A stretch of DNA of 32,000 nt, from positions 420,001-452,000 of the forward strand of contig CAKTSY010000001.1 of assembly GCA_934613415.1 (NCBI GenBank), written 5' to 3'. Source of the DNA: an uncultured Opitutales bacterium. GTDB lineage: Bacteria; Verrucomicrobiota; Verrucomicrobiia; Opitutales; Intestinicryptomonadaceae. Made by a program: the position numbers and the translations under genes. The notes beneath the pieces were generated by a model. That model did no database searches and was not told the DNA's origin. It was given only the letters and a program-made list of their open reading frames with translations. Shown here piece after piece: positions 24,528-32,000 of this stretch (within the stretch, counting starts at the first letter, position 1; each line of letters starts with the position of its first letter).

Positions 24528-25754
24528 TTAGAACGAATAGCCTATCTGCGCCGAAACTATGTGCGAGTGGCCGTAAAATTCGCCCGAAAGGTCGCCCTTT
24601 GTGGGGTCAGAATACGTTGTTCCAACCGAGGGGAAGAATATGAAAGCGTATGCAACGTCTATATTAAAGTTGCCGAACTTATACCCCAACCCGCACGAAA
24701 GCCAAACTCTGTCGGAGTCGGGAATACGGGGAGTTCTGTATGCCGTGCTTACTATCGGAGATTCGTCGTAGGCAACGCCCAAGCGCAGAGTAATATCGTC
24801 GTCAAGATAATAGTGAGCGCCGAAGCTTACGCGGCAAGTGTCTTCCCAATTTTCCACAGTGTGGCTTGCCATTGCGCCGTTGGTATATTTAATATCCAAG
24901 CTGTCGAAACTGCTCCATTGCGTCCAAGCAAAGTCTAGCATAACGGCAAAGTCTTCCAAGTCGCCCCAAAGCCTTTGGTATACGCCAACATTTACAACGT
25001 TTGGTATAGTCAATTCGCAATCTACATCGCCCGAAAGCGCGGGTATAGAAGGCACTGTTAAACCGCCGCTTATCGACTGGTTTACCTGGCTGCGATAACC
25101 AACCGAGAACCTGCCCGTTTCGCAATATTTTACGGTAAAGCCCAAGTTAAAGCCGCCCGACCACGAGTGGCCGTCTACCCTAGAAAAGGTATTGCCGTAG
25201 CCTGATTGTGTAAGTTCGGCATTTATATATTGCGCCGAAGCGCCAACCGAAACAAAAAACCAGTCGTTTACCTTGTAGGCTATGCTGGGGTTGATGTCTA
25301 TTGTAGCCAAGTCGCTGCGTATGCCGTGGGCTCTGCCTACATAGTTAGAGTCGTAGTCGGTTGTAAGACCTGCCGGGGCAGTTACCGAAAATGTGAATAT
25401 AAAGTCTTCCGACAATTTATGCGTTGCATAAAAATTGGGAACTATATTCAGTGTGCCCGCGTTGCCGCCGTCATTTCCCGAAACGGGGCTTCCGCCCGGG
25501 TGAGTTGCCGAACCGTTAAACTTAAACACGGGCATAATAAAATTCATACCCACGTCTATTTTGGTGTCCGACTCGACGAAAAATGCAGCCGAGGGATTCC
25601 AAAACGCGCAACTTGCGTCGCGGTTCGCGTTAGAAGTTGCGCCAGCGAGAGCCGTGCCCACATTGGACGCACCTTGTTCTATTACCATAAAACCGGAGGC
25701 TAATAATTGTGTAGCCGCCGAACATATCGCCGAAGCGATTAGCAGTTTTTTCAT
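24528..25754 (-). CDS. Outer-membrane hydrophobic-compound channel, OMPP1/FadL/TodX family
   Basis: 408 aa. A signal peptide is followed by SGFMVIEQGASNVGTALAGATSNANRDASCAFWNPSA, the conserved FadL N-terminal hatch region. The C-terminus is ...AQIGYSF. Confidence 0.85.
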   Translation of the reverse strand: MKKLLIASAICSAATQLLASGFMVIEQGASNVGTALAGATSNANRDASCAFWNPSAAFFVESDTKIDVGMNFIMPVFKFNGSATHPGGSPVSGNDGGNAGTLNIVPNFYATHKLSEDFIFTFSVTAPAGLTTDYDSNYVGRAHGIRSDLATIDINPSIAYKVNDWFFVSVGASAQYINAELTQSGYGNTFSRVDGHSWSGGFNLGFTVKYCETGRFSVGYRSQVNQSISGGLTVPSIPALSGDVDCELTIPNVVNVGVYQRLWGDLEDFAVMLDFAWTQWSSFDSLDIKYTNGAMASHTVENWEDTCRVSFGAHYYLDDDITLRLGVAYDESPIVSTAYRTPRIPDSDRVWLSCGLGYKFGNFNIDVAYAFIFFPSVGTTYSDPTKGDLSGEFYGHSHIVSAQIGYSF

Positions 25755-25998
25755 TGTCTGTATTGGTTAGCTGTTTAGATTTCTTAAAATAGGAAGAAAT
25801 CGGGGAAAGACACTGCCACAAAAAAAGTTTTTTGCAAGTTTTTTCGGCAAAAATTTTTCCGTAAACCCCTTTATTTAAGCTATCAGTATAATAAAATTAC
25901 CCTTATTGCTTTCTAAAAAAACCTTTTTAAAATTATGCAATCTGCCCTCTTTTTTTAAGTTGCTTTTTATGCAAAAAAACGTCGGGCAACTAAGGCGC

Positions 25999-26031
25999 AA
26001 AAAAAGCGGGCTTTGCCCATGCAAAACCCGC
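25999..26031 (-). terminator. Rho-independent terminator after the PpiD-like gene
   Basis: GCGGGCTTTGC (26006-26016) pairs with GCAAAACCCGC (26021-26031) with one mismatch. The plus-strand A7 run at 25999-26005 gives a T-run on the transcript. Confidence 0.55.
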
Positions 26032-26057
26032 AATCTACATTACTTAATTCAATAAAA

Positions 26058-27707
26058 TTATTCGCCGTCTTTCGGTGCGCTCTTTAACGCCGAATTTTCC
26101 ATTGTGGAGATAAAAGAACCCAACGAACGAAAAGCAGCCTGCTGCTGCGCCGACTTTGCGTAGTTTTTATATTCTTTAGAATCTTTGTTTATGGGAGCAT
26201 ATTCTATATTTGAAACATAGAATATGTAGGCGTTTTGCGCTTGAACAACGGGCTTTGAAACTTCGTTTGCCTTCAGCTGGGGCAGTGTTTGCATTACCGC
26301 ATAAAACGCCGAGCCCAAAGCCGACAAATCTTCCTGCTTGGGTTCCGCAAACGAGAATTGCTTTACGCTTTTTACAGCCATTGCCAATTTCTTTGCAACC
26401 TTTTCAAACGACTGTTTTTCGGAAACTGCCTTTGTAAGTTCTTTAGAAAGTTCTTGGGCTTTTTCGTTGAACATACGATAGCGTTCGGATTCAACATAGT
26501 CGTTTTTAACCTGTTCTTTAACCGCCGCAAATTCGGGAATATACGCCGCCTTTTTAGATTCCAAAAATACAACGTACGCGCCCTTTTCGTCGGCAACAAC
26601 ATCGGGGGCAATCCAGGTTTTTTCGTCTAAAGCCAAGCCCGCGCGCAAAACCGAAACGGGAACGGATTTGTCGAAATCCGAATCGTTTTGGTGGAAGGGC
26701 TTTACCTTTTTAAGCGAAACATTGCTTGCCTTTAACAAACCTTTAAAAGCGTCGCTGTTAAATGTTGTGCTTGCGTCGTAAACCTTGTCGGAAAAATCCT
26801 GCGCCTTTATCATTGCAGAGCGTACCAAGGCTGCCTCCTTTACGCTTTTGGCAACTTCTTCCCTTACCGAAACAAAGGGCTTAAGCTGCTGCTTGCCGTC
26901 TTTTTCCTCTACAAACTTTGACTTGTTTGCATCGTAAAACTTTGTAAGCTCCGATTCCGACAAGTCCACCTTTTCGGCGGGATCTATTGCAAAGAATGCA
27001 ACCTGCAAGGTATATTCGGGCAAAACTTCGTAGCGAGCTTTGTTTGCGTCGTAGAACTTTTTAAGGGCTTCGTCGTTAACCTTTGTTTCGGCCTTAAAAG
27101 AGTCTAGCGAAAGCGAGGCAATGTCGAATGTCCATTTAGAATTTATAAGCTTGTAGTTTGCATCTATGTCGGCCTGCTGAATGTAGCCGGGACCAGAAAT
27201 TATGCCCATTAGCTTGTTAACCAATGCGCTTTCCAAAAGCGTACTGTTTAAATATTCGGTGGGCATTCTCGATTCGGCAATAAATTTCGAAAACTTTTCG
27301 TACGAGAATTTGCCGTTTTTGTCTGCAAAGAAAGGCCTTGAATGGATATATTCTTTATATTCTTTGTCGGAAACCGTGGGCAAGTTTGCGCTTTTAGCCA
27401 AAGTTAAAAGCATTGCCCTTGTATACAATGCGTTCATAACGGTGTCCTGATTGCGGGGGTTGCCGCCTGCCAAAAGAACGTCGTAGTAGGCGCCCGTGTA
27501 AAGGAAGTTTACAATATTTTCGTCGGACAAATCCCAACCGTAAAAATCTTTCTTGTTTTTCGAATCGTCGAAAGACACGTTTCTGTCGCCGAAAAACGGA
27601 ATTGAAGAGCCGATTGTAAACACAAACGCCACAATAATGAAAAACAGCAAAACGCTGAATACCGATTTATGGTGTTTCTGCAAAATTAGTTGAATCCAAG
27701 TAATCAT
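26058..27707 (-). CDS. PpiD-like periplasmic chaperone (SurA N-terminal domain protein, membrane-anchored)
   Basis: 549 aa. The N-terminus MITWIQLILQKHHKSVFSVLLFFIIVAFVFTIGS is the characteristic PpiD-type anchor. A long helical chaperone-like body follows. I could not recognise a clear parvulin catalytic domain by eye. Confidence 0.75.
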   Translation of the reverse strand: MITWIQLILQKHHKSVFSVLLFFIIVAFVFTIGSSIPFFGDRNVSFDDSKNKKDFYGWDLSDENIVNFLYTGAYYDVLLAGGNPRNQDTVMNALYTRAMLLTLAKSANLPTVSDKEYKEYIHSRPFFADKNGKFSYEKFSKFIAESRMPTEYLNSTLLESALVNKLMGIISGPGYIQQADIDANYKLINSKWTFDIASLSLDSFKAETKVNDEALKKFYDANKARYEVLPEYTLQVAFFAIDPAEKVDLSESELTKFYDANKSKFVEEKDGKQQLKPFVSVREEVAKSVKEAALVRSAMIKAQDFSDKVYDASTTFNSDAFKGLLKASNVSLKKVKPFHQNDSDFDKSVPVSVLRAGLALDEKTWIAPDVVADEKGAYVVFLESKKAAYIPEFAAVKEQVKNDYVESERYRMFNEKAQELSKELTKAVSEKQSFEKVAKKLAMAVKSVKQFSFAEPKQEDLSALGSAFYAVMQTLPQLKANEVSKPVVQAQNAYIFYVSNIEYAPINKDSKEYKNYAKSAQQQAAFRSLGSFISTMENSALKSAPKDGE

Positions 27708-27735
27708 AGAATTTTAGTAATTGTTTAAAGATACA

Positions 27736-27763
27736 AAATTATTTACCACTTAAAATCTGTCAA
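27736..27763 (-). promoter_or_regulatory. Candidate promoter for the PpiD-like gene: TTGACA-N16-TAATTT (minus strand)
   Basis: The complement of 27758-27763 is TTGACA and the complement of 27736-27741 is TAATTT. Pattern match only. Confidence 0.3.
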
Positions 27764-27836
27764 TTCTTTATTTGTAGGCAGTTTGCCAAGATGTATGCAA
27801 AAAACAAAATGTAAGTTTGCCCAAAAAAATTTTTAT

Positions 27837-27864
27837 GGAACTTAAACTTTGCAAAAGTGTCGAA
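27837..27864 (+). promoter_or_regulatory. Candidate ECF/sigma-E-type promoter upstream of fkpA: GGAACTT-N16-TCGAA
   Basis: GGAACTT at 27837-27843, a 16-nt spacer, TCGAA at 27860-27864. This compares with the E. coli sigma-E consensus GGAACTT-N16-TCAAA. Pattern match only. Confidence 0.3.
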
Positions 27865-27933
27865 CACTTAATGTTGACTTAAAATTTACGACACTATTTA
27901 GTGTCCGTCAAAACAAGAACGTTTTTTACCAAT

Positions 27934-28707
27934 ATGAAAATAAACAAAACATCACTAACCGCGCTCGCTACGGCGGCGATAATGACAGTATCATCAATGG
28001 CAAACGCAGCAACCGACCAAGAAAAGCAATATCTTAAAACATTCGGGCAATACATTGCCCAACAAGCCAATATAGATATGTTGGCACTCGACAACGAAGA
28101 GTTGGCGGCTTTTGTAGAAGGCATAACAGCCTGCGTAAAGGGCGAAAAGCTTCCCGCAAATATGAACGAATTGGGCCCGAAAATGGCAGAATATCTCGAA
28201 AAGAAAGCAAAGCCAGCAATGGAAAAAGCGCAGCAGGCAATGCAAAAGGAGCAGGCCGAATACGAAGCAAAGATTGCCGCTTTTTGGAAAGAGCTTGAAA
28301 ACGACAAGGCTGTAAGCAAAACGGCTTCGGGCTTGGGATATAAAATTATAAAAGAAGGTGACAAACGCCTCCCCAAAGAAGAATCTTTTGTGGTTGTAAA
28401 ATATAAGGGCGCATTGATAGACGGCACTGTGTTCGACCAGACAAAGGAAGGCGACACTGCAAAATTCCCGCTAAACGGCGTAATACCCGGTTTTAAGGAA
28501 GGCCTGCAAAAAATCGGCAAAGGCGGCATAATCAAGCTTTACATACCCGCCCAGCTCGGCTACGGCTCGCAGCAAATTCCCGGAATTCCCGCAGGCTCTA
28601 CACTGGTGTTCGACGTTGAAATGGTAGACGTTGCCGACGCTCCCGTACCCGAAGGCATGCCCAAAGGTATGGACATTAACGAGCTTAAAAAAGACACCAA
28701 AAAATAG
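27934..28707 (+). CDS. fkpA: FKBP-type peptidyl-prolyl cis-trans isomerase, FkpA/Mip architecture
   Basis: The track ORF starts at a GTG (27901). The ATG at 27934 gives the signal peptide MKINKTSLTALATAAIMTVSSMANA. A helical N-domain is followed by the FKBP domain VVVKYKGALIDGTVFDQT...FPLNGVIPGFKEGLQKIGKGGIIKLYIPAQLGYG...GSTLVFDVEMVDV. Confidence 0.9.
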   Translation: MKINKTSLTALATAAIMTVSSMANAATDQEKQYLKTFGQYIAQQANIDMLALDNEELAAFVEGITACVKGEKLPANMNELGPKMAEYLEKKAKPAMEKAQQAMQKEQAEYEAKIAAFWKELENDKAVSKTASGLGYKIIKEGDKRLPKEESFVVVKYKGALIDGTVFDQTKEGDTAKFPLNGVIPGFKEGLQKIGKGGIIKLYIPAQLGYGSQQIPGIPAGSTLVFDVEMVDVADAPVPEGMPKGMDINELKKDTKK

Positions 28708-28736
28708 AATTTAACATAGGTATATCAGTTTCAGCA

Positions 28737-28768
28737 AAAGCCCCGTTTTCGGGGCTTTTTTGTTTTTT
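28737..28768 (+). terminator. Rho-independent terminator after fkpA
   Basis: AAAGCCCCG (28737-28745) pairs with CGGGGCTTT (28750-28758) around loop TTTT, followed by a T-run. Confidence 0.7.
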
Positions 28769-28829
28769 GCAGACAAACGCAAAAAAATAAAATTTGGCAC
28801 TTTTTAACAAAACCCCCGCTTTTTTGCGC

Positions 28830-28860
28830 AAAAAAAAATAGCCCGCTAAAAACGGGCTAT
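28830..28860 (-). terminator. Rho-independent terminator after the HU gene
   Basis: ATAGCCCG (28838-28845) pairs with CGGGCTAT (28853-28860). The plus-strand A-run at 28830-28837 gives a T-run on the transcript. Confidence 0.65.
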
Positions 28861-28887
28861 TTATTTTTAAAGTCTTACAAACTGCAA

Positions 28888-29163
28888 CTATTTGCCGAGC
28901 TTGATGGATTTCGAAGCCTTGAACTTCAAGACCTTCGAAGCCTTAATCTTAATCTTTTCACCGGTGCGGGGATTGATACCAGTGCGGGCTTTGCGGTCGG
29001 CAACTGAGAATGTACCGAAACCTACGAGAATAAGTTTCTTATTCTTCTTTACGCCGGCTGCGATAGCGTCGAGAACGCTGTTCAAAGCGCGTTCTGCGCA
29101 AGCTTTAGAGGCTTCTTTGCCGAGGAGTTTCTGAACTTCTTCGATGAGTTGTGCTTTATTCAT
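28888..29163 (-). CDS. hup: HU-family nucleoid-associated DNA-binding protein
   Basis: 91 aa. MNKAQLIEEVQKLLG...VGFGTFSVADRKARTGINPRTGEKIKIKASKVLKFKASK is the canonical HU/IHF fold, including the beta-arm RNPRTGE-like motif. Confidence 0.92.
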   Translation of the reverse strand: MNKAQLIEEVQKLLGKEASKACAERALNSVLDAIAAGVKKNKKLILVGFGTFSVADRKARTGINPRTGEKIKIKASKVLKFKASKSIKLGK

Positions 29164-29331
29164 TTATATTCTTTGTTTGATTGTTGTTAGGGTTAAAGCA
29201 TCTTGCTTTATTGGTCGTTAGAATGGTCTTTTTTTTCTTGTAGTCAACAGGAAAAATGCGGTTTTTAGGCTATTTTTTCAAAAAAACCCCGAAAAAACAC
29301 CGTTTGCGGGGCATTGCCGCAAAAAAACAGC

Positions 29332-30078
29332 CTACATAGCCATTCCGCCGTCTACGCAAAGAACTTGTCCCGTTATATACGAGGCTTCCTGCGACGCCAA
29401 AAATACGCAGGCTGCTGCAATGTCGGAAACGTTGCCGAAACGCTTTAGGGGTATTACATTCTTTGCAGCATCTAGCACCGCAGGCGAAAGTTTTGCCGTC
29501 ATATCGGTTTCTACAAAACCCGGAGCTATTGCATTGCAGGTTATCCCGCGCGAGGCAAATTCTCTTGCCAAAGATTTTGTAAGGCCAATAACGCCCGCCT
29601 TTGCCGCCGAATAGTTTGCCTGACCAATGTTGCCCAAAACGCCCGATACGCTGGAAATGTTTATTATTCTGCCCCAACGGTTGGAAAGCAGCTGGCGCGA
29701 AAGGTTTTTAACAACGTAAAAATAGCCCGACAAGTTTGTGTTTATAACGTCGTTCCACTCCTTGTCCGACATTCTCATAACAAGGTTGTCGCGCGTAATG
29801 CCGGCGTCGTTTACAATAATGTCTACCTTGCCGAAATCCTTTACAATTTTAGCGCAATTTTCGGCAACTGCGGCCGAGTCGGAAACGTCGAAGGCATACG
29901 CCTTTGCTGTTTGCCCTTTGGCGCAAATTTCGTCGGCGGTAGCCCCGCAGCTTTCTATATTGCGGCTTACGCACACAACCTTGCAGCCGTGCTCGGCCAA
30001 TTCAAGCGCAATCTGCTTGCCAATGCCCCTGCCCGCCCCGCTGACCAGGGCAACTCTGTTGTCGAATGTCAATTTCAT
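29332..30078 (-). CDS. fabG: 3-oxoacyl-[ACP] reductase-like short-chain dehydrogenase (FabG-like SDR)
   Basis: 248 aa with VALVSGAGRGIGKQIALEL (TGxxxGIG), NDAGI, the catalytic YSAAK, and a C-terminal ...GQVLCVDGGMAM. It closely resembles FabG, but the gene is not in a fab cluster. Confidence 0.75.
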   Translation of the reverse strand: MKLTFDNRVALVSGAGRGIGKQIALELAEHGCKVVCVSRNIESCGATADEICAKGQTAKAYAFDVSDSAAVAENCAKIVKDFGKVDIIVNDAGITRDNLVMRMSDKEWNDVINTNLSGYFYVVKNLSRQLLSNRWGRIINISSVSGVLGNIGQANYSAAKAGVIGLTKSLAREFASRGITCNAIAPGFVETDMTAKLSPAVLDAAKNVIPLKRFGNVSDIAAACVFLASQEASYITGQVLCVDGGMAM

Positions 30079-30752
30079 ATAATTCCTTTTATTTTGTTTT
30101 TTTTAAAGAATGCGCCGTATATTGCGCTTTGCGGAATATGTACAAGGCTTTTGCCTGCATATTGTTCGTCGCAAAAAAACTCGTCTAGTTTAAGAGTCTT
30201 GTCGGAATAAAGCTTTTTGTGTTTTAGCTCTTCGTCCCACTCGCCTCCCTTAAAATATATAACGCCGTTTTCAAGCGTGCCGTGCTTGCCCCTTGCAATT
30301 GCGTTTTTTGTAAAGTTAACAAATTCGTACAGCGAGCAAACCGAACGCCCCACGGCATAGTCGTATAGCTTTTTGCGCTCTTCTACCCTGCCCTGAATTG
30401 CTACGGCGTTTTTTAAGCCCAAAGCCTCTACCATTCTATTTACGCAGGCAATTTTTTTGCCAACGCCGTCTAGCATTTCAATTTTTGCCTGCGGCCACAA
30501 AATAGCCATTACAACCCCGGGCAGCCCGCCGCCGGTGCCAACATCTACAATTTCGGCGCCTTTGTCGGGTGTAAAAAATGCGCCTATCGCCGCGCAAAAG
30601 GCTATGTGCCTATACGCCAAGTCGTCGGTATCCTTGCGCGACACCATATTAACCTTGGCGTTTTCGGCCTTTAAAAGCTCGGCGTATTCAAAAAGTTTTT
30701 GCTTTTGCGCCTCGCTTAAAAAGCCAAGTTTTGCAAAGGGAGCTTCCCTCAT
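30075..30752 (-). CDS. rsmG: 16S rRNA (guanine527-N7)-methyltransferase RsmG (GidB)
   Basis: 225 aa with the SAM motif VDVGTGGGLPGVVMAILWP and a GidB-like N-terminal helical region (LFEYAELLKAENAKVNMVS). Its stop overlaps the fabG start by 4 nt (ATGA). Confidence 0.88.
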   Translation of the reverse strand: MREAPFAKLGFLSEAQKQKLFEYAELLKAENAKVNMVSRKDTDDLAYRHIAFCAAIGAFFTPDKGAEIVDVGTGGGLPGVVMAILWPQAKIEMLDGVGKKIACVNRMVEALGLKNAVAIQGRVEERKKLYDYAVGRSVCSLYEFVNFTKNAIARGKHGTLENGVIYFKGGEWDEELKHKKLYSDKTLKLDEFFCDEQYAGKSLVHIPQSAIYGAFFKKNKIKGII

Positions 30753-30758
30753 TTTAAA

Positions 30759-31175
30759 CTAAAAAATTTCGTTGTCCGAAAAGAACCTTGCAATTTCGGC
30801 AGCCGCACTTTCGGGAGAGTCGGAAGCGTGCGCAATATTTTCGCGCGTGTTCAGCCCAAAGTCGCCCCTAATTGTGCCTTTTGGAGCTTTTGTAGAATCG
30901 GTCGGGCCCAAAAGCTCCCTTGTTTTGGCTATTGCGCCTTCGCCCTCGAACACCATAACAATAACGCTGCGCCTTTTCATAAAGTCTCTAAGCGGCGGAA
31001 AATAGGGCTTGTCGAGAATGTGCGCGTAGTGCGCTTCAAGCAAAGCATCGGTCAATGCAATCATCTTGCAGGCAACAATGTCCATATCGGCCTTCTGAAG
31101 GCGGTCTACAACAACGCCCGCAAGCTTCTTTTCGAGGCAGTCGGGTTTTAATATAACAAGGGTTCTTTCTTTCAT
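30759..31175 (-). CDS. ndk: Nucleoside diphosphate kinase
   Basis: The track ORF starts at a TTG (31187). The ATG at 31175 gives MKERTLVILKPDCLEKKLAG...GPTDSTKAPKGTIRGDF...NIAHASDS, with the catalytic His in NxxHxSD. Confidence 0.95.
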   Translation of the reverse strand: MKERTLVILKPDCLEKKLAGVVVDRLQKADMDIVACKMIALTDALLEAHYAHILDKPYFPPLRDFMKRRSVIVMVFEGEGAIAKTRELLGPTDSTKAPKGTIRGDFGLNTRENIAHASDSPESAAAEIARFFSDNEIF

Positions 31176-31268
31176 ATTCCAAAACAAACTACATATTTTG
31201 ACGTTTTTTAAAAGCTTTTTTTATATTGCAGAATACGCTGCGTTATACAATATTCGATATATAAAAAA

Positions 31269-32000
31269 GTGAAAGCCCTAAAGAAAATAGCATTAATAGT
31301 AAACCCGACAAAGCCTAAATCGCAGCCGCTTGCCGAAAGGCTGTGCGCGCTTGCCGAAAAATTCGGCGTTAAAGCCGTGCAAATGCAAAGCCTTAAACTT
31401 GGCGAAAACGCCTTCGAAGGCTTCGACGCCGCCTGCGTTTTGGGGGGCGACGGCACTTTGCTTTCGTGCGTAAATCAGGCGTTGCAAGCCGACATTCCCG
31501 TATTCGGCATAAATTTCGGCAAGCTGGGGTTTTTGGCAACCTTTAAAGACTCTATTTCCGACTGGGATTTTAAATTTATTTTAGACGGCAACTACAAGGT
31601 AAGCGAAAGAGCTTTGCTTTCGGCAACGGCAAAAGGCAAAAGCTATGTTGCCTTAAACGACATTGTTGTAAGGGCAACCGCCCCCGTTGGAATGTACGAA
31701 GCCATTATGCATTGCGACGGCGAATATGTTGCCGACTATTCCGCCGACGGCGTTATTGTTTCTACCCCGACCGGTTCTACCGCCTACAACCTTTCGGCGG
31801 GCGGGCCTTTGCTTACTCCGCAGCTAAACGCCTATGTGCTTACTCCCATTTGTCCGCACGCATTGGCAAACCGAAGCATTATTTTCGACGCTTCGTCGGT
31901 GCTCGACATAGAAAGCCCCACCCAATCGGGCGACGTTTTTGTAGACGGCGAAAAACTTTTCAGCCTTGCCCCCAACGAAAAGATACGAATTGGGGCAAAT
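31269..32000 (+). CDS. nadK: NAD(+) kinase, N-terminal 244 codons; the 3' end lies beyond the window end
   Basis: Absent from the ORF track because it runs off the edge. Hand translation from the GTG at 31269 gives (M)KALKKIALIVNPTKP...CVLGGDGTLLSCV...PVFGINFGKLGFLA...DGVIVSTPTGSTAYNLSAGGPLL...PICPH. These are the GGDGT and TPTGSTAY NAD-kinase motifs, with no stop codon through 32000. Confidence 0.9.
   Translation, partial: MKALKKIALIVNPTKPKSQPLAERLCALAEKFGVKAVQMQSLKLGENAFEGFDAACVLGGDGTLLSCVNQALQADIPVFGINFGKLGFLATFKDSISDWDFKFILDGNYKVSERALLSATAKGKSYVALNDIVVRATAPVGMYEAIMHCDGEYVADYSADGVIVSTPTGSTAYNLSAGGPLLTPQLNAYVLTPICPHALANRSIIFDASSVLDIESPTQSGDVFVDGEKLFSLAPNEKIRIGAN

Noticed and set aside
27894-28535. 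213-aa minus-strand ORF opposite fkpA
   Set aside because: It lies entirely inside the well-supported FKBP isomerase gene. Its product is Ser/Pro/Ala/Phe-rich low complexity with no start context, so it is a shadow ORF.

Overview
This 32 kb window is mostly housekeeping chromosome from a diderm bacterium. Coding regions are roughly 45-60% G+C by hand spot counts and the intergenic spacers are AT-rich. I support 27 CDSs and 2 tRNAs.

Gene order:
- FAD-dependent oxidoreductase with a Tat signal (minus strand, runs off the window start)
- XRE-family regulator (-), facing an orphan 694-aa lipoprotein (+)
- OprB-type porin (-), CDF cation-efflux transporter (-), thyA (-)
- tRNA-Lys(CTT) (+)
- ~1010-aa PEP-CTERM beta-helix repeat surface protein (-)
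- tRNA-Leu(TAG) (-), tsf (-), rpsB (-), MFS transporter (-), small AsmA-like membrane protein (-)
- DUF1015 protein (+), GH20-like hexosaminidase (+)
- thymidine/pyrimidine-nucleoside phosphorylase (-)
- xseB (+), dxs (+)
- GH92 alpha-mannosidase (-), FadL-family outer-membrane channel (-), PpiD-like chaperone (-)
- FkpA/Mip-type FKBP isomerase (+)
- HU (-), fabG-like SDR (-), rsmG (-), ndk (-)
- nadK (+, runs off the window end)

The two edge-truncated genes are missing from the supplied ORF track; I found them by hand translation. Most convergent or tandem gene ends carry clear GC-stem plus T-run intrinsic terminators. The PEP-CTERM sorting signal, the Tat-exported PF12831-type oxidoreductase and the GH92/GH20 genes suggest a PVC-group (Lentisphaerota/Verrucomicrobiota-like) glycan forager. 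That taxonomic guess is low confidence.

I see no CRISPR array, transposase, integrase, phage gene, toxin-antitoxin pair or recognisable defence system, and no convincing multi-gene novel system.

The leads most worth following are:
1. The low-GC, domain-less 694-aa lipoprotein, transcribed divergently from an XRE regulator that carries an AT-hook-like tail, with an inverted repeat between them.
2. The tRNA-flanked PEP-CTERM beta-helix protein, with a perfect 22-bp palindrome in its promoter region.
3. The DUF1015 gene coupled to a GH20-like gene that has no signal peptide.
4. The divergent ppiD-like/fkpA control region, which has a sigma-E-type promoter match and two related inverted repeats.
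5. Several promoters placed so close to the start codon that the mRNAs would be leaderless.
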